Source of the DNA: Candidatus Tenderia sp.
GTDB lineage: Bacteria; Pseudomonadota; Gammaproteobacteria; Tenderiales; Tenderiaceae
Reading direction: 5' to 3'
DNA: 64,000 bases
Assembly (NCBI GenBank): GCA_031416075.1
Contig: JANOSY010000031.1
Coordinates: 32,001 to 96,000 of the forward strand
Shown here: positions 54,007 through 64,000 of the stretch, piece by piece
Layout: each line of letters opens with the position of its first letter
Numbering within the stretch: the stretch's first letter is position 1
Notes under the pieces: generated by a model
What the model saw: only the letters and a program-made list of their open reading frames with translations
Told to the model about the DNA's origin: nothing
Database searches by the model: none
Program-made: the position numbers and the translations under genes

Positions 54007-54488
54007 TGGCTAATCAGATGACTAAAAGCAGAATCAGACTCTACCTACTGGTCAGCATCACAATGGGCGCTGCAGGTTGCAGCAACATCCCCATTCAAAC
54101 CACTCAACCTGCTCAACCTCAACCGATCCAATCTCAACCGGCTCAAACCCAACCTGCTCAACCTATTCAACCTATTCAACCTATTCAACCTGCTCAACCT
54201 GCTCAACCTGCTCAACGCAGCGCTGTTTCGGTACAGCTATTAACACAAGCCGAAACGCTGCAACAGAGCGGCAACCTCAGCGGTGCCATTGCCCAGGTCG
54301 AGCGTGCCGTGCGTATTGAACCACGCAATGCGTATGCCTGGTACAGGCTTGCCACACTCCAACTTGCCGCAGGTGATTTAAACAGGGCAGAACAGTTCGC
54401 CCGCCGCTCCAACCAATACGCAGCGGGCAACCGGGAGCTCATTGAGGCCAATCAGAAGGTGATGGATGAGGTGAGACGTTTGCGGTAA
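54006..54488 (+). CDS. TPR lipoprotein, LpoP-like PBP1B activator
   Basis: Lipobox AAGC, Gln/Pro linker, ERAVRIEPRNA TPR; directly downstream of mrcB as for Pseudomonas lpoP. Confidence 0.8.
   Translation: MANQMTKSRIRLYLLVSITMGAAGCSNIPIQTTQPAQPQPIQSQPAQTQPAQPIQPIQPIQPAQPAQPAQRSAVSVQLLTQAETLQQSGNLSGAIAQVERAVRIEPRNAYAWYRLATLQLAAGDLNRAEQFARRSNQYAAGNRELIEANQKVMDEVRRLR
54105..54216 (+). repeat. Tandem repeat (CAACCTGCT/CAACCTATT 9-mers) coding a QPA/QPI linker
   Basis: Seen directly: caacctgct caacctatt x3 caacctgct x3 plus upstream variants. Confidence 0.9.
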
Positions 54489-54630
54489 TAATCAGCGGGA
54501 TAAAAACCGTCATGCCTGCTCTATAAGGTCACTCATATTTACCTACACCCACGATGTGACCATCTAACGCAGAAACACCGGCATATAGTTACTTCGGGCA
54601 GCTCCTGACAAACATAGTGAAAAGGAAAAG

Positions 54631-55755
54631 ATGAAACTCTCAACATTATGTCTCGGAAGTGTGGCTATCATCACGGCTTATAGCCATCCGGTTAATGCCG
54701 CTGCCCCCTCCTTTGATGCATAGGTAGTGAGCAACAACCCCATTACTGACGGTGCATGCCAGACTGGTTTTTCCTGTGGCACTGCCGTTGCGGACACCGG
54801 CTTTTATCAACGAATGGTAATTGACACGGTGGGGCAACAGTTTTTTCAAACCATCATCACCGAAAACAGCGCCAGTGATGCAGAGACACAAGCCCTGTTG
54901 GCACTATTTCAAACCACCGATAATACACAGACCAACACCGATCTACCCTGTCTGACTGAATATAGCTGTGGTGACAAAATCACTGGCCTGAATTTCCTTC
55001 AGCAAGAGATTACCAACGGTACGTCCATCTGATTTCAAACCGTCACCACAAATCTATCTGCCCCAATAAATAGTGAGAGTGGGCTATACCAACCAACACC
55101 ACACCACCTCTTCCATACAGAGGCCGGTCTGCTGTTAAAACCAGGCCAACACCTGGTTGCTGCCGCTGGCGACACATTGGCCGATACTCCGGCCAACCTA
55201 CATCTTGCCCGCACTGCGCTGATACCAGACCCTGACTACGTTGAACTGAACCAGCAGAGCGCAGCCGATCAGCAGATTTTTCGCATGGTCATGGATGTGC
55301 AGATTACTAACGTCATAACAGCGGCGGCGGCCAAATTATCAGCGCAGTTGAATGTGCCGCTGAACATGCCCGACAACTATGAATTACAGGCGCGCGTGTT
55401 AACCGCCGAAGGATGGATTGATTTTATCAGTGATGACCATAACCATATCGCTGCCGCACAAAGGCTGAGCAATGGTGATTGCCCGGAGGTGAGTTCTGCT
55501 CTCTACCAGAGCAAATTGAATGCAGGCAGTGAGTGTGTGCAAATCACCATCCAGGATGGTGGTGTTAATGATGGCGATAGCGCAACAGATGGCAATATCG
55601 CACTCATTCTCGGATCAGTATTGAAGAGAGTAGAACCTTTTTCAATACCACTTCCAAAAGATGAAGCAACACCATCTAACCAAGGTGGCGGAGCGTGGTC
55701 CTGGTGCATGTCACTGGTATTGTTGTTCAGATTGAGAAGATCAAAGATGGGCTGA
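54631..55755 (+). pseudogene. Secreted GlyGly-CTERM protein interrupted by two in-frame stops
   Basis: One frame from signal peptide MKLSTL to GGGAWSWCMSLVLLFRLRR; stops TAG at 54721 and TGA at 55030; DGGVNDGD..TDGNI motif. Confidence 0.7.
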
Positions 55756-56087
55756 GGGTGCGGATCAGTATGACAGCGAAGCGCTGTTTCAAGTATCATT
55801 AAAAATAACCAGCTATGTAGTTATTTCTTGGAACCGCGTACTCAAACTTTCACAAAACATATATAAAATACACTTGCCATTCATTAAAGCACCCCCGCCG
55901 AACATCCTGTCCAACAGGGTTTTATTACAGAGGCCTACAGCTTGCCTCAATCCGCATCATCCTTAACGCGTTTCACAACTTTGCTATTCAGTGCAATCTT
56001 TCCAATACTGCATCCATGCTTTTTATAACTTACATGTGGATTTAAAGAGTCATTCAGCTGGACCAGACGGCCCCACTATTTTTCAAG

Positions 56088-56552
56088 TTACTTCGGTCCC
56101 CAGTAAATTACGATAATAACTGCTGCTGCAAATATCAACGTAGCAACCACAAGCAGCCAGTTCGCAACCCGAGGGCTAAGTGTTTCACCCTTCGGCTCAT
56201 CGTGCACCTCTGAGGCAGCGATACTGTGATCATATGCGTGCTCTTTGTCGACAATGGGAGTATGGCCCATCGCAGACTTTACCTGATAAGGAAATGTGCC
56301 ACAGACATTGTTGTGCCCAGCGCCACAGGTACGATAGTTAAACAGTGTATACAGCGGGTCCCATCCTAAAATGGCAGTCAGCGACGGATACAACCCTATG
56401 AATATCAAATATACCTCTTTACCTACAAACTCATCACCCTGCATACTCAAAAACGGATATCCGATTACAAGCAGCGCAAGTACACCGCGTATAATTCGAT
56501 CATTAAGCCCGATATTTTGAACAGGACCCAATTTTTTTCTTTTAGCAATCAT
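56088..56552 (-). CDS. DUF2892/YgaP-like membrane protein
   Basis: NIGLNDRIIR, LTAILGWDPLY.LF...TC. Confidence 0.8.
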   Translation of the reverse strand: MIAKRKKLGPVQNIGLNDRIIRGVLALLVIGYPFLSMQGDEFVGKEVYLIFIGLYPSLTAILGWDPLYTLFNYRTCGAGHNNVCGTFPYQVKSAMGHTPIVDKEHAYDHSIAASEVHDEPKGETLSPRVANWLLVVATLIFAAAVIIVIYWGPK

Positions 56553-56786
56553 ATGAATTACACCTCAGTTAGTATGATCATCCATTACTACTTTAGCCAT
56601 TAATGAATTAAAAGTTCTGCTAGTTATCAGCCCTGCACAAACAACCTGTCAAAAATTTAATCATTGGCCACAAATGGGTAGAAGTTAACTACACAACCAC
56701 CGGATTTAAGCCCGATAAGTGTGTAGTAACATGGAATGAAACTACGTGTAGTGAAACATCACTATTCATTCACACATCACAGTGGA

Positions 56787-57368
56787 CTAGAAGCGGTATC
56801 CGCCACCCAGGTTCCATGCGTGAACATTGTCTTTTGTACCATCCACACCAGAGATATCTGTATATACCTGGTACTCGGCACGCAACATCCAGTTATTATC
56901 AAGGTCATACTTAAAGCCTGCACCTAAATAGGGTTTTGTGCTGTTCTTACTATCCACTCCCACATTTTGAACAGTTCCGCTATTACTAAGGTCATATCTG
57001 GCCATACCCAACCGACCAAAGAGACCAAAGCGATCGGCAAGTGGCAATGTTCCCAACGCACTGATCGTCCATGCACTGGCGTCTTGCTTGGCACTTACAT
57101 TATTGTCATCGGCATTAAACAGAGTTCCAAAGCTGGTATAACCAATCTCGGCGGCGATATTATTGCCAAACTCATAACCGACCTCACCACGCAGCGTGGT
57201 ATCAGAGCTATCGCAGTTAACGATGTTATCGCAGTATTTGCGCGCTTCTGCTTTGCCTACATCCAGCCCTAGATAAAAACCTGCGCCCTCAGCCTGAACA
57301 ACATTTGTACTCAATGCGCCCACTAGCGCGATACATAATGAGGTAGCTTTTGTTTTGTTATTTAACAT
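56787..57368 (-). CDS. Small outer-membrane beta-barrel (OmpA-like TM domain)
   Basis: Signal peptide, GFYLG, GYEF, YLGAGFKY, LRAEYQ, C-terminal GYRF. Confidence 0.88.
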   Translation of the reverse strand: MLNNKTKATSLCIALVGALSTNVVQAEGAGFYLGLDVGKAEARKYCDNIVNCDSSDTTLRGEVGYEFGNNIAAEIGYTSFGTLFNADDNNVSAKQDASAWTISALGTLPLADRFGLFGRLGMARYDLSNSGTVQNVGVDSKNSTKPYLGAGFKYDLDNNWMLRAEYQVYTDISGVDGTKDNVHAWNLGGGYRF

Positions 57369-57696
57369 GGCAATTCCTTTTTAATGAAGGTTGGGAGAGT
57401 CATGGCAACCTAAAGAGATGGCCGTGGATCAAGAATAAGTTTGCCGGGAAAATTGGTCTGTGCGCTGTATAACATAGCGAAATAAAAACTGCGGGTGTGT
57501 GCTGATATCAGGCTGAGAAGACGATATAAAAGTCGCAAATACACAACTACAGGGGGGTGATAAAACTTCCAGATATTGACTATAAAATTGAGAATCATGT
57601 GCAATAAATGATTCACAAAAAACAGCTCACACTGTATATATCGCAGATCTTGCTATTCGGACCGGGAAAATAAAAACGGTATTAATACAACAGTAT

Positions 57697-57731
57697 TGAG
57701 CAGGATGATTACAACACCCCCATCCTGCTCA
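57697..57731. terminator. Hairpin downstream of ABC-F gene
   Basis: TGAGCAGGATG-N13-CATCCTGCTCA. Confidence 0.5.
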
Positions 57732-57763
57732 GCAGTTCACTCTGCACAAGTCAATAAAACTTA

Positions 57764-59359
57764 CTACTTGACCCCTTGGCTGCGTAGATACTCGTCATAA
57801 CTACCGCTGAAGTTGGTCACACCATATGGTGTCAATTCGATGATTCGTGTTGCCAGTGAGGAGACAAACTCGCGGTCATGGCTGACGAAGATGAGTGTGC
57901 CAGGGTAGTTCTCCAGCGCCAGATTGAGTGACTCAATCGACTCCATATCAAGATGGTTGGTCGGCTCGTCCATCACCAGAATATTGGGACGTTGCAACAT
58001 CAGCTTGCCAAACAGCATACGTCCCTCTTCCCCCCCGGAGATCACCTTGACCGACTTGCCTGTCTCATCGGAGGAGAACAACAGTCGGCCGAGGATAGCG
58101 CGGATCGCCATGTCATCATCACCGGGACGACGCCACTGGCTCATCCACTCAAACAGTGTCATATCCTGGGCAAACTCTGAGGCGTGATCCTGGGCAAAAT
58201 AACCGATGTTGCAGTTTTCTGACCACTTTACACTACCGCTGGTAGGCACCATGTTGTCACCCACCACTGCTCGCAACAGCGTGGTTTTACCGATGCCGTT
58301 GGGGCCGATGATAGCAACACGCTCACCTACTTCGATCATCAGGTTAAGATTTTTGAAGAGTGGTTTGTCATCATAGCTTTTGCTCAGCCCCTCCACCTCC
58401 AGCGCCAGACGGTAGAGTTTTTTCTCCTGTTCAAAACGGATGTAGGGATTCACACGGCTTGATGGTTTAACCTCATCCAGCTGGATTTTATCGATCTGAC
58501 GCGCACGTGAGGTGGCCTGTTTGGCCTTGGAGGCGTTGGCAGAGAAACGGCTGACGAAGTTCTGTAGCTCGGAGATCTGCGCCTTTTTCTTGGCGTTCTC
58601 AGAGAGCAGGCGCTCACGCACCTGGGTGGCTGCCATCATGTAGTCGTCATAGGTGCCGGGGTAGAGACGCAGCTCGCCGTAGTCAAGATCGGCCATGTGG
58701 GTACAGACGCTGTTCAGAAAATGACGATCATGAGAGATGATGATCATGGTGCTGTTGCGCTCATTGAGCACTGTTTCAAGCCAGCGGATGGTATTGATAT
58801 CAAGATTGTTGGTCGGCTCATCGAGCAGCATGATATCAGGATCGGCAAACAGCGCCTGGGCCAGCAGCACACGCAACTTCCAACCGGGTGCCACCGCGCT
58901 CATCAGACCAAGGTGCTGCTCAATAGGTATGCCAACCCCCAGCAGCAATTCGCCTGCACGTGATTCAGCGGTATAACCATCCATCTCGGCAAACTCCACC
59001 TCCAGCTCCGCCACCCGCATACCGTCCTCTTCACTCATATCCGGCAGCGAATAGATGCGGTCACGCTCCTGCTTCACCCGCCACAGTTCGGTGTGGCCCA
59101 TGATGACGGTGTCGATCGGTGTGAACTCTTCAAAGGCAAACTGCTCCTGCCGCAACTTGCCGACCCGCTGGTTAACATCCACCGAGACGTTGCCAGCCGT
59201 TGGCACCAGATCACCACCCAAAATTTTCATGAAGGTTGACTTGCCACAGCCGTTGGCGCCGATCAGGCCGTAGCGATTACCGCCGCCAAACTTGACCGAG
59301 ATGTTTTCAAAGAGTGGCTTGGCACCAAACTGCATGGTGATATTGGCTGTTGTGATCAC
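57764..59359 (-). CDS. ybiT: ABC-F translation factor, YbiT type
   Basis: [17 protein letters not shown], two ABC cassettes ([17 protein letters not shown]), no TM segments. Confidence 0.88.
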   Translation of the reverse strand: MITTANITMQFGAKPLFENISVKFGGGNRYGLIGANGCGKSTFMKILGGDLVPTAGNVSVDVNQRVGKLRQEQFAFEEFTPIDTVIMGHTELWRVKQERDRIYSLPDMSEEDGMRVAELEVEFAEMDGYTAESRAGELLLGVGIPIEQHLGLMSAVAPGWKLRVLLAQALFADPDIMLLDEPTNNLDINTIRWLETVLNERNSTMIIISHDRHFLNSVCTHMADLDYGELRLYPGTYDDYMMAATQVRERLLSENAKKKAQISELQNFVSRFSANASKAKQATSRARQIDKIQLDEVKPSSRVNPYIRFEQEKKLYRLALEVEGLSKSYDDKPLFKNLNLMIEVGERVAIIGPNGIGKTTLLRAVVGDNMVPTSGSVKWSENCNIGYFAQDHASEFAQDMTLFEWMSQWRRPGDDDMAIRAILGRLLFSSDETGKSVKVISGGEEGRMLFGKLMLQRPNILVMDEPTNHLDMESIESLNLALENYPGTLIFVSHDREFVSSLATRIIELTPYGVTNFSGSYDEYLRSQGVK

Positions 59360-59462
59360 GGGAGTGTCCTGGAATTAAGGTCAAAAGTGGCGCACATTAT
59401 CGCACAGAATGGGCGGCAACCCTGCGCCTTTGAGGTGGGAAAATTAAAAGCTGGGAGCCATT

Positions 59463-59879
59463 TCAATCATCTGTGACCCGGCCACGCCCGGCCTTTATCT
59501 GCCCCTGGCGCTTTTTGCCCTCCAGCCGCCGTGTCTTGGAGGCGCGGGTTGGCTGGGTGGCCCGGCGGGTACGCTGGACCTCGGCAGCACTCTTGATCAA
59601 CTCCTGAAGTCGTTGCAACGCCTCTTCGCGGTTTTTCTCCTGAGAGCGAAATTGCTGCGCCTTGATGATGATCACACCCTCTTTGGTGATGCGCTGGTCG
59701 CGCAGGTTCAGCAAGCGCTCCTTATAGAAATCGGGCAGCGACGAAGCGTTAATGTCAAAACGCAGATGAATCGCGGATGAGACCTTGTTGACGTTCTGGC
59801 CGCCACTGCCCTGGGCACGGATGGCGCTGATCTCGATCTCGTTATCGGGGATGGAGACGTTGTTGGAGATCATCAGCAT
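59463..59879 (-). CDS. arfB: Alternative ribosome rescue factor B
   Basis: [13 protein letters not shown], basic C-terminal tail. Confidence 0.95.
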   Translation of the reverse strand: MLMISNNVSIPDNEIEISAIRAQGSGGQNVNKVSSAIHLRFDINASSLPDFYKERLLNLRDQRITKEGVIIIKAQQFRSQEKNREEALQRLQELIKSAAEVQRTRRATQPTRASKTRRLEGKKRQGQIKAGRGRVTDD

Positions 59880-59916
59880 GCGGCTGCCTCTATATTAATA
59901 TACAACCACTATTGAC

Positions 59917-59979
59917 GTAGGGTGTGCTGTGCGCACATTGCCGTCCTCCAACAGTGTCCGTGCGCACAGCGCACCCTAC
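59917..59979. repeat. REP doublet of a different family, overlapping the cysG stop
   Basis: GTAGGGTGTGCTGTGCGCAC...GTGCGCACAGCGCACCCTAC. Confidence 0.82.
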
Positions 59980-61364
59980 GCTGGTTTGAACCACGCCAAC
60001 TGCTCATGCAGCTTTACTACCTCACCGATGATCAGCAGTGTTGGCGCGTGAATCTCATTGTCAGCCACGATCTGATGGAGTGTGGTGACGGTGCCGGTAT
60101 AGACCCGCTGCTGCTGCGTGGTGCCCTGCTGCACCAGCGCGGCGGGCATATCGGCGCTCATACCATGGGCGATCAGCTGTTGGCAGATGATGTCGAGCCC
60201 GGCCAACCCCATGTAGACCACCACGGTCTGGCGCGGCTGCACCAGCGTCTGCCACTCCAGATCCACAGTGCCATCCTTGAGCTGGCCGGTGACAAAGATA
60301 ACCGACTGGGCGTAGTCGCGATGGGTGAGCGGAATGCCGGCATAGCTGGCGCAGCCGGTCGCCGCCGTCACACCCGGCACCACCTGAAAGGGGATCCCCT
60401 CCGCCGCCAGGCCGGCAATCTCTTCACCGCCGCGGCCAAAGATAAAGGGATCACCACCCTTCAGACGTAATACCCGTTTACCCTGTTTGGCCAGCTCGAT
60501 CAGCTGCTGATTGATATCCTCTTGCCGCACGGCGTGGAAGGCGCGCTTTTTACCGACGTAGATCTGTTCCGCCTCGCGCCGTACCAGATCGAGAATCTGC
60601 GGCGAGACCAGACGATCATAGAGCACCACATCGGCCTGCTGCATCAGCCGCAGGGCGCGAAAGGTGAGCAGATCGGGATCACCGGGACCGGCGCCCACCA
60701 GATAGACCTCGCCCTTGGCAAGGCCATCAACATCGGCGTGATCGATGGCGTGTTGCAACGCCGCCTCCGCCTCTTGCCACTTATTGGCATAGGCCAGTTC
60801 GGCGACACTGCCTTGCAGCTGCTCTTCCCAAAAACGACGCCGCTGATCAAAACTTTTGAAATGGTTTTTCACCGGCCCACGGAAACGTCCCGCCAATTCT
60901 GCCAGACGACCATAAGCAGCCGGAATCAACGTCTCCAACCGGGCACGCAACAACCGCCCCAACACCGGCGAGGCTCCACCAGTGGAGACCGCGACGATAA
61001 CAGGCGAGCGGTCGATGATCGACGGCAGGATAAAGGTACAAAGCTCAGGGTGATCCACCACATTCACTGGCAGCCCTAACCGCTTGGCATCATTTGATAT
61101 TGTGGCATTAAGCGCACCGTCGTTGGTTGCTGCGATCACCAGCGCGCAACCGGCCAGCTGTTGCTGTTCATAGGTCGTTTTAAGCTGACTGATCACCCCG
61201 TCATCAAGCTGTTGTTGTAATACGGTGCACAGCTCAGGCGCCACCACCACCACGCTGGCCTGCGCCCGCAACAGCAGGCTCACCTTACGTGCTGCAATCT
61301 CACCACCGCCAACAACAAGTACCGGGCGTTTTTTGATGTCTATGAAAATCGGTAGGTAATCCAT
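59976..61364 (-). CDS. cysG: Siroheme synthase
   Basis: [45 protein letters not shown]. Confidence 0.97.
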   Translation of the reverse strand: MDYLPIFIDIKKRPVLVVGGGEIAARKVSLLLRAQASVVVVAPELCTVLQQQLDDGVISQLKTTYEQQQLAGCALVIAATNDGALNATISNDAKRLGLPVNVVDHPELCTFILPSIIDRSPVIVAVSTGGASPVLGRLLRARLETLIPAAYGRLAELAGRFRGPVKNHFKSFDQRRRFWEEQLQGSVAELAYANKWQEAEAALQHAIDHADVDGLAKGEVYLVGAGPGDPDLLTFRALRLMQQADVVLYDRLVSPQILDLVRREAEQIYVGKKRAFHAVRQEDINQQLIELAKQGKRVLRLKGGDPFIFGRGGEEIAGLAAEGIPFQVVPGVTAATGCASYAGIPLTHRDYAQSVIFVTGQLKDGTVDLEWQTLVQPRQTVVVYMGLAGLDIICQQLIAHGMSADMPAALVQQGTTQQQRVYTGTVTTLHQIVADNEIHAPTLLIIGEVVKLHEQLAWFKPA

Positions 61365-61427
61365 GACGCAGTCCTGTCAGAAGGGGGCAGTTCACCCCTC
61401 ACGAATGAGGGGGGATAAATGAATCTA

Positions 61428-62726
<1,299 letters not shown>

Positions 62727-62797
62727 TTAATTCAATTTCTTAGAGTTACTATATAACTTAACGAATTAGACTCAAAGCTATGCCAGTCATGGGTATG

Positions 62798-63172
62798 TTA
62801 TATCTGCCTGCCCACAACCACCCCCAGCCAGCAGCCACCCACACAGAGCAACAGGCTCAACACCATATTACTAACAGCCTTGAGATGCTCCCCCGTGTCG
62901 ATCAGCGCCAACGTCTCAATCGAAAAGGTAGAAAAGGTGGTAAAACCGCCCAGCACCCCAAGCAAAATGGCCGCCCGCCATTCTGGTCCCAGGCTCATGC
63001 GCTCAATCAGCACCACGGTCAACAACCCCATCAGCAGGGAGCCTACAACATTGACCGCCAGTGTGCCGTAGGGAAAACCACGCCCGGCGATGGAGTAGAC
63101 CCAGCTGGACATCAGGAAGCGCAACACCGAGCCAACAGCGCCACCAGCGGCGATGGCGAGCAGTTGGTTCAT
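62798..63172 (-). CDS. crcB: Fluoride channel Fluc
   Basis: GGAVGSVLR, PYGTLAVN, GGFTTFSTF. Confidence 0.96.
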   Translation of the reverse strand: MNQLLAIAAGGAVGSVLRFLMSSWVYSIAGRGFPYGTLAVNVVGSLLMGLLTVVLIERMSLGPEWRAAILLGVLGGFTTFSTFSIETLALIDTGEHLKAVSNMVLSLLLCVGGCWLGVVVGRQI

Positions 63173-64000
63173 GATGAGCTGTTGCCCCCTTTTGCCCGCG
63201 CCTGCCTATCCAACTCACGCAAGTGGCTCAGCTTATCGGCAATCTTATTCTCAAGTCCACGCGGTACTGGGTTGTAGTAGCACCGCTCACCCATCGCTTC
63301 AGGAAAGTAGTTTTCACCGGCGGCATAGGCATCGGGTTCATCATGGGCGTAGCGGTAGCTCTTGCCGTAACCGAGCTCTTTCATCAGTTTAGTGGGCGCG
63401 TTGCGCAGATGCACTGGCACTTCATAGGAGCCATGTTTTTTGATCTCGGCCATGGCTGCATTGAAGGCGGCATAAACGGCATTGCTCTTCGGTGCAGAGG
63501 CGAGATAGATCACTGCTTGGGCGATGGCCAGCTCCCCTTCAGGACTGCCAAGCCGCTCCTGTACATCCCAGGCGTTGAGCGCCACTTCAAGCGCCCGTGG
63601 GTCGGCATTACCGATCTCCTCGCTGGCCATGCGCACCACCCGTCTGGCGATGTAGAGTGGATCACAACCGCCGTCGATCATGCGCACAAACCAGTAGAGC
63701 GCGGCGTCGGGGCTGGAGCCACGCACCGACTTGTGCAGCGCTGAGATTTGATCGTAAAAGGCCTCACCGCCTTTATCGAAACGGCGTGGCGCGCCACCGC
63801 TGAGGATTTCATTGATCAGCTCTTCACCAATCACGTCACCCTCCTCCCCCGGCTGCGCCAGATCGGCGGCGATCTCTAAAAAATTGAGGGCGCGGCGGGC
63901 ATCGCCGTCAGCCACTTCGGCCAGACGGTCACGCAGCACTTCAGCCATTAACAATGGTTTACCGATACCGCGTTCGTGATCACTCAGGGCACGGTCGATG
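63169..64000 (-). CDS. rarA: Replication-associated recombination protein A (5' end outside the window)
   Basis: GDARRALN, FDKGGEAFYDQISALHKSVRGS, GNADP, APKSNA, YRYAHD. Confidence 0.96.
   Translation of the reverse strand, partial: IDRALSDHERGIGKPLLMAEVLRDRLAEVADGDARRALNFLEIAADLAQPGEEGDVIGEELINEILSGGAPRRFDKGGEAFYDQISALHKSVRGSSPDAALYWFVRMIDGGCDPLYIARRVVRMASEEIGNADPRALEVALNAWDVQERLGSPEGELAIAQAVIYLASAPKSNAVYAAFNAAMAEIKKHGSYEVPVHLRNAPTKLMKELGYGKSYRYAHDEPDAYAAGENYFPEAMGERCYYNPVPRGLENKIADKLSHLRELDRQARAKGGNSSS

Noticed and set aside
54105-54216. Possible CRISPR-like array
   Set aside because: Contiguous 9-bp coding repeats without spacers; no cas genes
55885-55940. Possible IS-end remnant (GGGTTTTATTACAGAGGCCTA)
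   Set aside because: No partner inverted repeat or target duplication visible
62798-63172. Fluoride riboswitch upstream of crcB
   Set aside because: crcB start overlaps the rarA stop; there is no leader region

Overview
Chromosomal segment of a gammaproteobacterium. The gene orders rarA-crcB-serS-cysG, pyrG-kdsA-eno-ftsB-ispDF-truD, prfB-lysS and alaC-hom-thrC fit a Chromatiales/Thiotrichales-like lineage; this assignment is inference only. The housekeeping backbone carries many small accessory insertions. Main observations: (1) a Zur-boxed zinc locus where a CxxC/RAPP (DUF2946/CruR-like) putative arrest peptide precedes an outer-membrane receptor and a second metal ABC transporter lacking its own ATPase; (2) a WYL (YafY) operon with a perfect 13-bp operator next to a -10 box; (3) a MarR-linked SdpAB/HTTM-like pair; (4) a PRMT-like methyltransferase behind a sigma-54 promoter; (5) a Fic gene bracketed by REPs; (6) an AT-rich ABC-type ATPase + PD-(D/E)xK-like pair inserted into a peptide-ABC operon (candidate anti-phage system); (7) a 36-bp in-frame insert in nagZ; (8) a yybP-ykoY riboswitch-UPF0016 unit; (9) an Arg32-type EF-P whose earP is a MITE-truncated, frameshifted relic; (10) a CHASE2 class III cyclase with non-canonical base-specifying residues facing a CRP; (11) pseudogenes of mscS and a GlyGly-CTERM protein. 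No rRNA, tRNA, CRISPR array or transposase was recognised. All calls come from reading motifs by eye; no searches were run.
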